From: an uncultured delta proteobacterium
GTDB taxonomy: Bacteria > Desulfobacterota > Binatia > UBA9968
Length of the DNA stretch: 64,000 nt
NCBI GenBank assembly: GCA_963847445.1
Contig: CAWJZV010000023.1
Location: forward strand, 128,001 to 192,000
Reading direction: 5' to 3'
Shown here: in pieces, positions 29,601 through 38,622 of the stretch
Position numbering within the stretch: the first letter of the stretch is position 1
Layout: each line of letters begins with the position of its first letter
Notes under the pieces: model-generated
What the model was told of the DNA's origin: nothing
Databases searched by the model: none
The model's input: the letters and a program-made list of their open reading frames with translations, nothing else
Position numbers and translations under genes: made by a program

Positions 29601-31406
29601 GAGCTGCGCGAGTATCTCCAGCAAAAGCTGCCGGCTTGCATGCTACCGGCTGGGTTTGTTCGCTTGGAGCGCCTACCGCTTCTGCCCAACGGCAAATTGG
29701 ATCGATGCGCGCTGCCGGAGCTCGCAGGCGCGCCAGTGAAGGCTGAATCGAAGCTGGTGGGGCCGCGCAGCAAAACCGAAGAGAAAGTTGCCGCGATCTG
29801 GCGCGAGGCGCTGGGTTTAGACTGGATTGGCGTCGACGATGACTTCTTCGAACTCGGTGGCCATTCGATATTGGCGATGCAAATGGTCGCGCGGTTGCGC
29901 GCGGCATTCGGCGCCGAGTTCTCCGTGCGCGAGTTTTTCGCTGCGCCGACGGTCGCCGGCGTCGCTGCTCGGATAAAAAAAGGCGCGCGCGCGGCGCTAC
30001 CGCCAATCCTGCCCCCGATCCTGCCATTGCCTAATGCCGGTGCGTTACCGGTGTCATCGGCGCAGGATCTTTTCTGGCGCATGGACAACTTGTTGTCGGG
30101 AGCGGATTTTTTGAATCTCCCCTACGGCTACCGGCTCAGCGGGCGATTGAACCAGGCGGCGCTGGAGCGCGCCGTCGAGGCGATCACGGCGCGCCATGGA
30201 GTGTTGCGCACGGTCTTCAGAGCGCGCCGCGGCCAGCTTGTTCAAGTCGTCCGGCGCCAACTGCGGCTGCCGCTCAAACGATTCGATTTGGCCTCCAAGC
30301 CAGAACCCATGCGCCACGCCGAGCTTGAGCGACTCTCCCACGCCGACGCGACGGCAATCTTCGACCTGGAAAAGGGGCCACCGTTCCGGGTGACGTTAAT
30401 TCGATTGGCCGCGGCCGAACATGTCTTGCTCGTGACGATGCATCATATTATCGCCGATCAATGGTCGATGCGGTTGTTTCGCAGCGAGCTTGTGATGTTT
30501 TACAGAGCCTTTGCTCAAGGTAAGTCCGCGACGGTGGCGGCGTTGCCGTATCAATTTGCCGATTTTAGCCAATGGCAACGGCGACTGTTGGACACCGGCG
30601 GATTTGACGATCAACTCAACTTTTGGCAGAAGCAGTTGGCCGGTCCGTTGCCAAGGATCGATTTTTCGTCGGTCTGCAAACCGCGAAAAAAATTGACGCT
30701 GCGGTCCGGACGGCTGTCGATGGATATAAGCGCGGCGGTGAGCGCGGCAATTCACAAATTGGCGCGCCGGCAGAGAACCACACCGTTTGTGGTCCTGGTT
30801 GCGGCGTTAAACTTTTGGCTCCACCGCTTGACCGGCTGCCGCGATCTTCGCATCGGAACGTTGGTGGCAAATCGCCACCAGCCTCATACGGAGAGTCTGA
30901 TCGGCTACTTCGTCAATGCGGTGGTGTTGCGAACCCGGGTGGCGCCGCGGATGTCGTTCGTCGATCTTTTGCAACAGACCCGATCCGTGGCGCAGGAAGC
31001 CTTTGCCCATCAGGATCTGCCCATCGCGGAGCTGAGCCGTATCCTGCAGAGAGCAGGCGCTGAGCAAACAAACCTATACCCGGTTATGGTGAATTACCGG
31101 CGCTTGATCGATGAGCCTGAGGATGTCGCTGGTTTGACATTTGCTCACTGGTCCAAGGGTGGGGATCGGGCGGCGGCCCCGGAGGTGGCACTTACCTCGG
31201 CAGAGCTGAGTTTCGAGTTTCGCGAGCTGGCAACAAAGTTGACCGTGAGTGTCAACTATCGTTGCAGTTTGTTCGATGACCGTTACGCCCGGCAGTTGCT
31301 CGATGGATTCATGGCGGTGCTCGGTGCCGCCGTGGAGCGGCCTGAAGGCGATATAGCGAATTTTCAGATCGTGTCTGACGGCTTACAATCGAGGAGGTTG
31401 CAATGA
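26623..31406 (+). CDS. NRPS, TubC-type docking domain-C-A-T-C, no thioesterase, frameshifts near 28360 and 28795
   Basis: LRALDI..ADGDKLRINAPKGALT, HHLVADAWS, SFVDSVWE, YGSSEVAAD, GGHSIL, terminal C domain HHIIADQWS. Confidence 0.9.
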
Positions 31407-33202
31407 GGCAATGGATTGCCTTGAGTGTGATCGCGGTTTTACTTGTCACCGGTTCAACCTACGCCGGCGAGAGCGGCGAGAGTTACCATTGGACACCGGC
31501 GGAGATGAGTACCCGGCCCGCCAGCCGCAGCGGCCAACTGATGCGCAAAATCGCCGCTGTCCGGCTCTTGCCCGACGACATGGCGATGCCCAAGGACATC
31601 GATTGTCACGACGAACCTTGTAGGTTCGACTTGTATTATTTTTTCGGCAAGGGCTTTAACCTCGCCCGTCCCGAGCGCAAGAATATTTTATTCATTGCCG
31701 GCGGGCCCGGCCAACTCGTCGACAACGTTAACCAGATGGGTCGCATGCTCGGCCATCTAGAGGCTCGTCATAATGTGGTTTATTTCGACCTGCGCGGCGG
31801 TGGCCGCAGCGTGATCCCTGCGAGCAACAAGTTCGATCGTTTCCTGCGCGCTGAATACGTCGCCGACGACATCGAAAAAATCCGCAAAGCGGTGCTCAAC
31901 CACAGGCCCTGGGATGCGATCTACTCGCATAGTTGGGGCGCGCTGCCGGCGCAATTGTACGCGGCTCGATTCGGCTCCAATAAAGTGAAAACGCTGATCC
32001 TGTCCGCGCCGGTGGTGCGAGATCGCGACACCCACGGCGCCCGCGCACGCATGACCGCGGCAAACTTGAAATTGATCTTGACGACTTACCGTTCGCCGCC
32101 AGGGCAGCCTTGTGACTGCCGCGATCGAAAGCTCCCGTTACCGGTGCAAACGTTTTTGGGCACAGCCACGGAAAAGCTCGGCGAGGTGAGCGCCCTAGTG
32201 GACGCTCGCGCCAGCTATAATTTTTGTTTTATCGATGTCGAGCAAGCCCATTGGCTCGGCGATAGTTTGGAAAAGCTCCTGAGTGAGATCGAGGCGCGGT
32301 TCGGCTCGGTGGATTTCGTCACCGATCATTATGACCAGTTGCTCAAGTCGGGCGATGCCGGATCGCGTCCGCGCTTCCCGCGGGAATTTTATTCGGCGAT
32401 TAAAACGCTGCAGTTTACCGGCGCGCCGGAATCCGGCGTCAAGCCTTACGCCGGTGACTTCGCTAGGCAAATCGATGCGGCGTTGGTGATTGGCCATTAT
32501 CTAACTCTCGCGCTGGAAAGCGCTTCCGGCAGCGCAACAATAACGCGCCAGTGCGCGGCCAGTTCGCCATTCTTAAAAAACGCCCAATGCGCCACTGGAT
32601 ACTGCAAGATCATCGCGCCGGCAAAGCTCGCCGGCCAGCGCGACGGACCACTGGAGTCGATTCGCGCCAACCGGGTGCTGGGTCTGTATGATGGAGTCGC
32701 CCGTGCTTTAGTGCGGCCGGGCATGATCGAACGCGACAGTGGCGCTTGCTTCACCGGCCAAGATGTCACGGCGTTTGCCGCCGGCAGCGAGGGCAAAGAA
32801 CTGCTGCGCGGCGAAGCCAAGAAACTCGGTGCCATTGCAGCGGAAAAGATTTGCCCTTGGACGCCGAAGAATCATCCCCATGAGGTCCGTACGCTGATTC
32901 TCAAGGGCGCCCGGGACACCGTGATCGCCGGCTGCCAAGCCGAGGATTTTTATCGCGATGGTCTCAAAGGCGAGCGCGCGCTGCTCGAGTTTCGCGGTAC
33001 GGGCCATGCGATGTATGCCGCTTCATTCAATTTTATCGGTGACCGCACGGTTTACGCGGAGTCGTTGCGGGTGGTCTTGGAAAGGTTCATGGATCTGCCC
33101 GTGGCGCGGCTGCGGACCGACAAGCTGGTGACGGGGAACATCGATAAACTGCAGGCGATATTTCGCGAACCCGATGCCGGACGGGCGGATTGTCCGGTTT
33201 GA
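31403..33202 (+). CDS. Secreted alpha/beta-hydrolase, S33/TAP-like peptidase
   Basis: Signal peptide MRQWIALSVIAVLLVTGSTYA, GGPG, DLRGGGRS, SHSWG nucleophile, GARD, GTGH; ATGA overlap with the NRPS stop. Confidence 0.75.
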   Translation: MRQWIALSVIAVLLVTGSTYAGESGESYHWTPAEMSTRPASRSGQLMRKIAAVRLLPDDMAMPKDIDCHDEPCRFDLYYFFGKGFNLARPERKNILFIAGGPGQLVDNVNQMGRMLGHLEARHNVVYFDLRGGGRSVIPASNKFDRFLRAEYVADDIEKIRKAVLNHRPWDAIYSHSWGALPAQLYAARFGSNKVKTLILSAPVVRDRDTHGARARMTAANLKLILTTYRSPPGQPCDCRDRKLPLPVQTFLGTATEKLGEVSALVDARASYNFCFIDVEQAHWLGDSLEKLLSEIEARFGSVDFVTDHYDQLLKSGDAGSRPRFPREFYSAIKTLQFTGAPESGVKPYAGDFARQIDAALVIGHYLTLALESASGSATITRQCAASSPFLKNAQCATGYCKIIAPAKLAGQRDGPLESIRANRVLGLYDGVARALVRPGMIERDSGACFTGQDVTAFAAGSEGKELLRGEAKKLGAIAAEKICPWTPKNHPHEVRTLILKGARDTVIAGCQAEDFYRDGLKGERALLEFRGTGHAMYAASFNFIGDRTVYAESLRVVLERFMDLPVARLRTDKLVTGNIDKLQAIFREPDAGRADCPV

Positions 33203-33290
33203 AAGATTCAGCGCCGAAAAAAAATAATTTCCTTGGCGGCTAATCTGAAGTATTGTGCACGAGTAACGTCAACGGGAAAAGAGGTGCAAT

Positions 33291-33530
33291 GTGGGTAAAG
33301 GGGTAAAATTATCGGCAGCGGCGGCGGCGAAATTGCGCAAAGCCAATCGCAAATTGATTAGCTCCAACAAAGATTTGCATGCCGCGGTCCAAGCTCTGGT
33401 GAAAGCGTCGAAGGCTAAATCTGCGGCTGCGAAGACTGCGGCGGCGCGCAAAGCCTACTCAACTGTAGTCAAGCGAAATCCGCTGCTGCGGGCGGCGGTG
33501 AAGGAAAATCTCAAGAAGCTTGCCGGCTAA
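33291..33530 (+). CDS. Small Lys/Ala-rich basic protein
   Basis: 79 aa, RBS AAGAGGTG before GTG, followed by a hairpin; 15 K, 5 R, 21 A, 2 acidic residues. Confidence 0.65.
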   Translation: MGKGVKLSAAAAAKLRKANRKLISSNKDLHAAVQALVKASKAKSAAAKTAAARKAYSTVVKRNPLLRAAVKENLKKLAG

Positions 33531-33533
33531 GCG

Positions 33534-33556
33534 CGCGGGCGGTGCGCCCGCGGTTT
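33534..33556 (+). terminator. Putative intrinsic terminator hairpin
   Basis: CGCGGGCG-GTG-CGCCCGCG followed by GTTT; short U tract. Confidence 0.4.
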
Positions 33557-33648
33557 GACAGGGCGGCGCTTTCTCGCAGGATGACCTGAAGTGACGGCTA
33601 GCCAGATGCGCCGACTGCATCGGGTCTGCCGAAGCGAAATCATACCTG

Positions 33649-35197
33649 CTAGTCGATTTTTAGCCGCCGCAGTTTCTTTATCAGTCCCTGGCGGCTTACC
33701 CCGAGTTTCTGCGCGGCTTTGGCTTTGTTGCCATCGCAGCCATCGAGGGTTTGTTGAATCATCTTCCGTTCCAATGCATCGATAGCTTGGCTTAGCGTTT
33801 GCCAAGGCGACGGTTCGGCCGCCGCTCCGGCAGTCGCGTGGCTGCCACGGCTCTCCAGCACCAGATGCTCGGCATCGATGGCAGCGCTGCGCACCGATGC
33901 GACTAAGCGTTTAACTTCGTTTTCCAGTTGGCGCGTGTTCCCTGGCCAACCGTACGCCATCAAACTGGCGATGGCCGCGGACGTGAAGTGTTTGAGTTCC
34001 ACCTGGTTGGCGCTGCAATGTTTTTGCAAGAAATGATTGGCCAGGATGGGAATGTCCTCGGGGCTTTCGCGCAGGGACGGCGTCTGAATGCGCACGACGC
34101 TGAGCCGGTAGTAGAGGTCCTCGCGAAAGAGTTTTTCTCTCATGGCGGTCTCTAGATCGCGATTGGTGGCGGCGACGATCCTCACGTCCACCGGCACCGG
34201 CGCTCGGCTGCCGATGCGATCGATGGAACGTTCTTGCACCACCCGGAGAATTTTCGCCTGCGCGGACAGGCTCAAATCGCCAATTTCATCGAGGAACAGT
34301 GTGCCGCCATGGGCCGCTTCGAATTTTCCGATGCGCCGATCGACGCCGGTGGCGACGCCTTTTTCGATGCCAAAAAGTTCGGTCTCCACCAGGTTGTCCG
34401 GCAGTGCCGCGCAGTTGAGAGCGACGAAGGGATACTTGGCGCGCGGGCTGTTGAAGTGCAGCGCTTTGGCGATCAGTTCCTTGCCGGTGCCGCTTTCGCC
34501 TTGAATCAAGACGTCCACCGAACTTGGACGAATCTGGTCGATCAAGCGGATGATCGACCCTATGCGATGGCTCATGCCGACGATCTTCTGGGTGGCAAAG
34601 CCGCTGATGAACTCGGCGGCGGGGTAGCTCCGCGGTTCCTGCTTATGAGTCTTGAGCTCGCTGGCAATCGGCGAGTTCTCGATCACATCGGCAAGCTGGG
34701 CCGCCAAGCGTCGTCAGGATCTCGGCGTCGGCGTCGGTAAACACGCCGCCAATTTTATTGGTCGCTTCGCCGACACCGATGACGGCGCCATCGAGACTGT
34801 GAAGCGGCACGGCCAGCAGGTTGCGGGTGCGATAGCCGGTTTCAATATCGACTTCTTTGTAAAACAATGGATGCTCGTAGGCGTTTGCCGTGTTGATGGC
34901 TTGTCCGGTCATCGCCACCGCGCCGGCGATACCAAGGCGGGCGTCGAAGCGCATGATCTTGCCCTCTTCGGAGATCGCCGACCACAACTCACAGTTGTCG
35001 CGGTCGAAAAGAAACACGCTGACGCGATCGGCCTGCAACAGCTCCTTGGCTTCGCGAGTAATCAAGCTCTGCAACGAGGCCAGGTCGGTGATTGTACTCA
35101 TGCGCCGGCAAATATTGAGCACGACGCGCAACTTATCGACATGTTCGGGCGTGCCGCCCGCCACCGGAGCAAGTTTTTCGCTGTAACTAGAAGTCAT
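33649..35197 (-). CDS. GAF-domain sigma54 enhancer-binding protein with Fis HTH, frameshift near 34710
   Basis: GAF (ADRVSVFLFD, TGYRTRNLLAVP), GESGTGKE, ELFGIEKGVATG, FLDEIG, FREDLYYRL, WPGN.RQL, NKAKAAQKLGVSR. Confidence 0.9.
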
Positions 35198-35531
35198 CCA
35201 TTCCTGCCTAACATAGTTGGCAAAAATCTGCTACTGCTAGGCCCAGTGAACCCGAAAGTGTTAAACTGGCACCGAGACAATGGATTTGTCAGCAATAATT
35301 CGCCCAATTGTTAGGTATGGTGAAGCCAGATAGCGGATTGACCCCTTGCCTCGGCGGGGAGCGAGCCGCTATTGGCTGAATGTGCTTCGGTTCCGACGTG
35401 TCGCTTAGCCTGGCTAACGTCAGAGCAGAAGCGTTGCGGCACTGTGGCCCGATTCATCGATGCATTCCAATTGCTTCGCTCCGATGCCAGTATGTTGCAT
35501 GGGAAAACAAGTGTTTCTCGTAATTATCCGC

Positions 35532-35547
35532 TGGCACTAAGGTTGCT
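35532..35547 (+). promoter_or_regulatory. Sigma54 -24/-12 promoter
   Basis: TGGCAC-TAAGG-TTGCT, GG-N10-GC spacing, 45 nt upstream of ATG 35593 and divergent from a bEBP gene. Confidence 0.75.
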
Positions 35548-35592
35548 CGTCTGAATTGTTAGACAATAGTCCGTTAGCTCATGGAGGTCTCG

Positions 35593-36342
35593 ATGAATCG
35601 GGAAACCTTTCGCGAACAGCTTCTCGGTGTGATGGAACGTAAGGATCATTGGGCCTGGCCGGCTTTTACTTCAGGCCAAGTGCCCAGGGACCGGCTGCAT
35701 TTTCATTTCGAGCAAGAGTATGGCACCTACGTGCGCGACTTTCCGATACTCGTCGGGCGATCGTATATTCGTTGTCCGATCGCCGAGATTCGCCGCAGTT
35801 TGGCGGAGAATCTCTACGAAGAAGAAACCGGCGGCCTGGTCGCCGGCCGGCCTCACCCCGAACTTTTTCTCGAATATCCCCGCGGCCTCGGTATGGACCT
35901 GAGCCGATTTCAAAATATCCAGTTGTTGCCGGCGGCGCAGCGTTACCGTGATTTTCTCGACGCCGCGACTGAATCCTTCGGTTGGGATATCGCGTCGGCA
36001 ATCGTGACCATCTTTGTCGAAGGATCGAGCGCTGAAAGAGCCGCGCTCGATACCCGGAAAAATCACCCGCCACCGCCTCTGGAGGAACATCCGCTGGTGA
36101 AATATTACGGACTCTCGGTGGAGCATTTAGCGCTGACCAAAGCCCATCGGCAGGTGGAAGGACTCCACCGAGCCGCCGCTTGGGACGCGATCTTGGATCA
36201 TGTCGTGCCGCTACGCCGCGGCGCCGTGGTGCGGGTGATGGAGGATGCGCTCAGAATTTGGCAACTCTACCGTGACGAAGTTGCTTTAGTTTGCGGCATT
36301 CAGGAGGGCGGCATGTCATGCGCCAGCGCGGTTGCTGGCTGA
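35593..36342 (+). CDS. Heme-oxygenase-like diiron enzyme (PqqC/CADD/TenA superfamily)
   Basis: ENLYEEE..G....HPELF, IFVEG and AHRQVEGLH ligand pattern; RBS GGAGG. Confidence 0.75.
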   Translation: MNRETFREQLLGVMERKDHWAWPAFTSGQVPRDRLHFHFEQEYGTYVRDFPILVGRSYIRCPIAEIRRSLAENLYEEETGGLVAGRPHPELFLEYPRGLGMDLSRFQNIQLLPAAQRYRDFLDAATESFGWDIASAIVTIFVEGSSAERAALDTRKNHPPPPLEEHPLVKYYGLSVEHLALTKAHRQVEGLHRAAAWDAILDHVVPLRRGAVVRVMEDALRIWQLYRDEVALVCGIQEGGMSCASAVAG

Positions 36343-36381
36343 GCCGGAATATCGTCGTCGCCCCGTGAGCCTTGCGAGATT

Positions 36382-37683
36382 CTAAGCGATCGCTTCGCCG
36401 CGATAACTCATCGCCAAAATCTGCATCGGATTGAGCGGCCTTTTGCCGTTGGCCTGTTCGATTTGAATTGCCGCTAGCGGGCAGTCGGAACAGGTAACTT
36501 TGGGATCGCCCTCAGCCATTTCCTTAAACGCCCGGCCGCCATATTTAAGCGACATTTCAAAGTTCTCTTTCTTCATGGCCCAAGTGCCGTCATGACCGGA
36601 GCACTCTTCGACGACTTTTACCTGGGTATCGGGCAAGAGCGACAAGACATCGCGGGTTTTATAGCCGATATTTTGGGCGCGCAGGTGGCAGGGGATATGA
36701 TAGCTAATCGCTCCGGCGCTGGTTTTAAACTTCCTGTTGAGTTTGCCATCCGCCGCCAGTTTGGCGAGAAACTCCATCGGGTCCATGGTCACGGCCGCAA
36801 CTTTTTTGGCTGCCTCGCTGCCGAGCAGGCGCGGATACTCGACACGAATCATCTGCGAGCAGGTCGGATTGGTCGCGATCACTGTTCTGCCGTCATCGAC
36901 AAATCCTCGCAGATAGGCGACATTGCGCTCGGCCGCGGCGACGGCGCCGTCCATATCGCCGTTGTGCCATAGCGGCATGCCGCAACAGCTCTCGTAGGCC
37001 AGCGCGACATCGACATTGTTGCGCGCCATGACATCGAGAGTGTCGTTGCCGATCTCGGGTTGGTTATAATTCACGTAACAGGTTGAGAAAAAAGCGACGC
37101 GCGCCGCCGGCTCGCCGGTGGGAGTCTGGCGATTCTTGGCGAATTGCGCGGCGAAGGTTTGCGCTGCAAACGGCGGCAGCTTCTTGTCTTTGTGGATGCC
37201 GACGACGCTTTCCATCAACTGTCGATTGAGCGGGTTCTCATTGCCCCAGTTGGCCAGCGGCGCGGTCATGGTGCCCAATTTGCCAACCAGGTCTGGATTG
37301 CCAAGCAGTTTGTCGACCAGTGCTACACCGTTTTTCTTGACCCCTTGGGCCTTGGCTCGGGTCATTAAGCGGGGAAAGTCGATGGCCCATTCATGATCGC
37401 CGGGTGTGTAGGGGCATTTGATGTAGCACAGCTTGCACTGGAAGCACAGGTCGACGACTTTGTCGACGTCCGCGGTCTTGAGATTTTTCGTATTGACATC
37501 GGCGTATTTGCCCTCGACGCAGTAGTCATCGATGGCGTCGAACAGTTTCGGGAAACTGCCGCAATACTTCACGCACATGCGGCAGTCGGCGCAGAGGCTG
37601 AAGACCCGTTCAACTTCGGCTCGCAAATCGGTGATATCGAAGTATCGCGGATCGGTTGGGTCGTATGCCGGATTGTTCGCCAT
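36382..37683 (-). CDS. Fe-S oxidoreductase with CCG domains (GlpC/HdrD-like)
   Basis: CADCRMCVKYC, CFQCKLCYIKC, STCYVN, CCGMP, HIPCH, CSGHDG, SDCPLA. Confidence 0.88.
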   Translation of the reverse strand: MANNPAYDPTDPRYFDITDLRAEVERVFSLCADCRMCVKYCGSFPKLFDAIDDYCVEGKYADVNTKNLKTADVDKVVDLCFQCKLCYIKCPYTPGDHEWAIDFPRLMTRAKAQGVKKNGVALVDKLLGNPDLVGKLGTMTAPLANWGNENPLNRQLMESVVGIHKDKKLPPFAAQTFAAQFAKNRQTPTGEPAARVAFFSTCYVNYNQPEIGNDTLDVMARNNVDVALAYESCCGMPLWHNGDMDGAVAAAERNVAYLRGFVDDGRTVIATNPTCSQMIRVEYPRLLGSEAAKKVAAVTMDPMEFLAKLAADGKLNRKFKTSAGAISYHIPCHLRAQNIGYKTRDVLSLLPDTQVKVVEECSGHDGTWAMKKENFEMSLKYGGRAFKEMAEGDPKVTCSDCPLAAIQIEQANGKRPLNPMQILAMSYRGEAIA

Positions 37684-37924
37684 CGGGTCGCTCCATTGTT
37701 CGAAGTGGGGTTCCCTGTGACTCTACCCCAGAGCGGCGTCAAAAGGAATAATCAGTGTCATTTGTCGGTCCACTGTTTCATGTCTACCAAGCACCTGATG
37801 GGCGCGGCCGTTGTTGCGAAAGTGGCAAAACTTTGCCGGTGATCGTAATGGCAAAGGCTTTTCTATGGGGGATCGTTAACGTTAACGCGGCTGCGCCGTC
37901 TAATCGGCCAAGGAGGTTCTTACC

Positions 37925-38473
37925 ATGACCATAACTACAAAAGCACTATTTGCCGCCGGGATCGTGTCCCTGTTGGCTTTCGCGACGCCTGACTCAGCGA
38001 GCGCCGATGCGCGCAGCCGGCAAAGGGATTTAGACCGGAATGCGGCAAGAGCTCGCAACTCCAGAGCAACCGAGTTGCAGCGAGACCACGCTGAACTGCG
38101 CCGGAATCAAGCCGAGCTTGAGCGCGATCGCGCCGATTTGGAGCGGCTCTACCGCAGCGGCGCGAGCCGCCAGGAAATCGAGCGCAAGCGTGAGGAGATT
38201 CGTCGCGATCTCAGAGAACTGGCTCAAGATCATCGTGAAGTCAGCGATAATCTTGAGGCGTTGAGCGGCAATTCATACCGCGGCTCTGGCTGGGATCCCA
38301 CCGGACGGCAACGTGACCGCTTGAGCCGCTATGAGACCAATGATTGGGGTTGGGGCCGTCGAGACGATCGCGACCGCCGCGGCCGCAATGATACCTGGGG
38401 CTGGGGTCGATGGGACGATCGTAGCCGTGGGCGCGTTGCCGACCGGTGGGGTTGGGGCCGCGGGCGAGACTGA
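37925..38473 (+). CDS. Secreted coiled-coil protein with three WGWGR repeats
   Basis: Signal peptide ending ASA, R/E/D-rich heptads, C-terminal WGWGR x3; RBS AGGAGG. Confidence 0.75.
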   Translation: MTITTKALFAAGIVSLLAFATPDSASADARSRQRDLDRNAARARNSRATELQRDHAELRRNQAELERDRADLERLYRSGASRQEIERKREEIRRDLRELAQDHREVSDNLEALSGNSYRGSGWDPTGRQRDRLSRYETNDWGWGRRDDRDRRGRNDTWGWGRWDDRSRGRVADRWGWGRGRD

Positions 38474-38562
38474 CCGGATATCTCCAGACTTCGCGACAGC
38501 AAACGGTGACAGTAGCTTTTCATTAGAGGGCGGACCTGCCGGTCCGCCCTCGTCTTGCCCAA

Positions 38563-38592
38563 TTGACATAGTGCGCGGGAGAGCCTTATAAC
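38563..38592 (+). promoter_or_regulatory. Putative sigma70 promoter
   Basis: TTGACA-N18-TATAAC upstream of 38623. Confidence 0.55.
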
Positions 38593-38622
38593 CGAAGCAT
38601 AAGTATTCTTCGGAGGCTCTAA

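Noticed and set aside
18046-31406. Programmed frameshifting or true splitting of the NRPS into nine ORFs
   Set aside because: Shifts fall inside domains with no consistent slippery motif, and similar shifts hit unrelated housekeeping genes; sequencing error is simpler
35218-35233. Second sigma54 promoter TGGCAAAAATCTGCT
   Set aside because: GG to GC spacing is 9 nt rather than 10
35593-36342. PqqC or CADD-type pABA synthase assignment
   Set aside because: No pqq or folate context and the N-terminal HPF(Y/H) motif is missing; kept at superfamily level
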